Source: Lepidodermella squamata
Lineage: Eukaryota; Animalia; Gastrotricha
Direction: 5' to 3'
Length of the DNA stretch: 64,000 nucleotides
Assembly (NCBI GenBank): GCA_047495785.1
Contig: JBLDXI010000002.1
Span: 62,001 to 126,000, forward strand
Position numbers and translations under genes: made by a program. Shown here one piece after another: positions 61,639 to 64,000 of the stretch (position 1 is its first letter; each line of letters starts with the position of its first letter). The notes beneath the pieces are model-generated. The model was not told the DNA's origin. It did not search any database and saw only the letters and a list, made by a program, of their open reading frames with translations.

Positions 61639-63589
61639 TCGGTTTTTATGCTTCTCCGAAAAATGTAGATTAAGATCAAACGGGATTGACAAACTGTTTT
61701 CACAGAGGCACAATGCCAAAGCATGACTTCCTGCATATGGGAAATATAAACTCTCCGGAATAGCATTTGGAGCCAGGGAAGCTAGCTCAGATGCGGGGCA
61801 TTTATCACCACCCACTTAATGCGATCCTAAAAAAAGACGACAGGAAGAATGTAGTAACTCGAAACTTTTTGGAGAGAGCACAACTTGCGACGACTATGAT
61901 CAAATTTAATCTATGGTTTTCACCATCTCATTTATCACTCACTCACTCACCCCACTGCCTGCAGTAGTAGTCCGTTTTGAAATTTCTCTCTGGATCGCTA
62001 GGAAAAAGACATATAATTAGCTCCGAAAATTGGAGTCAGCAATTTGCTTGCAAAAAAATGAGCTAATTTGAGGGACATATAGGAAAAGGAGCCTTCTCAA
62101 AGTCGGATTGTGCGACAGCCAGGTAAAACGTATCAAATCCCTACTGAGCTATAGCTAAATGAAGGATGGGGAGATTACGTAAGTCAGCCTTGCTCCTGTA
62201 CGTAACGTATTCATCAATTATGTGATGAAGAATGCTGATGATCTGCGAAAATCTGCGCCTTGATACTACTAATTGCTAAACGTGGAGAAACAAAATGCAA
62301 CAATAAAACAGTAACAGTAACTTTAAGTAATAGTAGCTTAGCCAGTGAAGATTCTCGGCCAACATCGATTAAGACTACGCCTACTTCATGAAAATTCAGG
62401 CGAGAATCGTGCACGATCGATCAGAAGTACGAATTCATTCGACTTTCAAACTCACCTCGTTTCAAAAGCAATGTCTCGGCCTGCTCAAGTGAAACTGAAA
62501 TCAAACGACCAACGTTTCAGCTTTGAAAGAGAAAGATCCAGGAAATAGAAGCATTGACAAAAAAGGCGAACGTTTTCGATCGGTTCGCAAAATGCGCCGA
62601 ATCCCAAGCGAAAATAAGAAACCCCGAGGTTCTTGGCCAAAAATGGAAAAAGAACTCTACAATTTGATGTTGTGTTCTCAGCGCTGATAGATATCTTCAC
62701 TGCCCTGAAGAGGCTAATGGTACTTTCAAAGCAAGAAGCAACTGGCTCTACAGGTCTACTGGTCTGCAGGTCTACAGGCGATGCTGGAAGTTGTCATGCC
62801 GCGTTTCAACCTCCGTCGAGCAGAGAGTACCCGAATAGGGCCGCGACCCATCGTTTGATAAACGCTGCTGAAGGAGGACTAAAAATAAAACGTATTCATT
62901 TAGCCATCATTAATATTGCACCTTTTATATATTAAATTCCAAATCTTAGAATTGGCCGCATATCTGGTCTAATGTGTTTGAGGATGCCAAGGTTTGCCTG
63001 GTTGGTGCCAAATCAATATCTTGAGCTCATGGAGTTACACTTATATATATCACACGCAAGCTAACATGTGACTTCCGATAAGTAGGAAATATGAACTTGC
63101 ATGCAATAACATGATTCGCATCAGTCACGACCACGCAATCTTTTTTGAGAGAAGTTGCTAAAGTATTTATTTAAGGAGTAAGCGCGGCATTTGACTTTAA
63201 TCATTCATTCTCTTTTTCAGATTGACGTCAATATTCGTTATGTAATTAACTCATAATTCAATTAAATGAGCGTTATAACCAGAATATCGCATTGCAATTT
63301 AATAAAGGTTAGAATTCGGTAACATTATGGGTTTTACTTTGGTCAGATTTGAAGGAAAGCTTAACCCTCCAGGGCCCACGAAATCGCGATTCTATGTGCG
63401 CGTATGCGCGCAAAGGCTTTATTCGTTGATTTGCGTGTTTACACCCCGACTTGGACGCGTAAATCGACCCAAAATCGTCATAAGGCATAAGGGTCCCCCT
63501 TTGGTCCTTGACTAAGTTTACCTTACGGAACGATGGAACTGGTAGGGATGATCCCTGCCATTCCTAGCGGTACTTCGCTCTGGCTTTCA

Positions 63590-63980
63590 CCGATATCGAT
63601 AAATGACCGTTGCTGACTAAGAGGTCAAAAATTGGATCGACTGGCTGTTTTCTTGCCATGGAACGCCCTTTTGCCAACTAAACTCGACTTTTAGATGCTT
63701 TAACAGAAAAATCCCCCGATGACTGAGATTCGTAGTTTAATTTGAGCTTACGAAAGTTGTCATTTGTTATACCGTATTACCGCGCTTTGAGTGTCATGCC
63801 ACTATGAAGTGAAACATGGTTTTTTACCCCTTATCGATTACCTCGATTATAGTGGCACCTAATGTTTTGCATTGAAATTTAATCTGGCATGTCACTATAA
63901 ACGGGGCATAGTGACATGTCACTGTAAAACGAGCTCTAGTGGCATGACACTCAAAGCGCGGTAATACGGTAACAAATAAA
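63590..63980 (+). pseudogene. Degraded fragment of SGNH gene exon 2
   Basis: tcaaaaattggatcg..atggaacg.cc.tt.gc.aac..actcgacttttagatgcttt matches ~58155-58250; gagatt..agtttaattt..cttacgaa matches ~58722-58755. Contains stops and a deletion. Confidence 0.7.
63772..63969. mobile_element. Tc1/mariner (pogo-like) MITE
   Basis: ~33-bp perfect TIRs CCGTATTACCGCGCTTTGAGTGTCATGCCACTA and TA TSD, inserted in the SGNH pseudogene fragment. Confidence 0.9.
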
Positions 63981-64000
63981 ATTTTGCAATCATTTCAACA

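Noticed and set aside
61639-61815. 59-aa N-terminal extension of the GPCR ORF
   Set aside because: It starts at a non-ATG codon. The ATG at 61638 directly precedes a good signal peptide.

Overview
Compact, intron-containing animal (invertebrate-like) genomic DNA. Most introns are GT-AG and about 45-60 bp; the organism cannot be identified from this window. The window is almost entirely tandem arrays of divergent secreted or surface proteins: (1) four atypical Cys-loop ligand-gated ion channel subunit genes (0.5-15 kb); (2) an intronless orphan family ('family X': signal peptide, furin site, Ser/Gly repeats, one TM, conserved ~100-aa C-terminal domain) with two intact copies and four damaged copies or fragments, one destroyed by a nested LINE-in-LINE insertion; (3) secreted EGF + L-type-lectin-like genes (six apparently intact, one with three lectin modules, plus pseudogenes); (4) four minus-strand genes encoding only the Venus-flytrap ectodomain of mGluR-like class C GPCRs, each stopping before the Cys-rich and 7TM regions, i.e. 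candidate soluble amino-acid-binding proteins; (5) an SGNH/GDSL hydrolase-like gene and an intronless GABA-B-like class C GPCR. Several non-autonomous DNA transposons (Tc1/mariner-type, hAT-type, foldback) are present. The most striking observation is the secreted flytrap-only family. Exon structures and family assignments were made by eye from motifs and need database and RNA confirmation.
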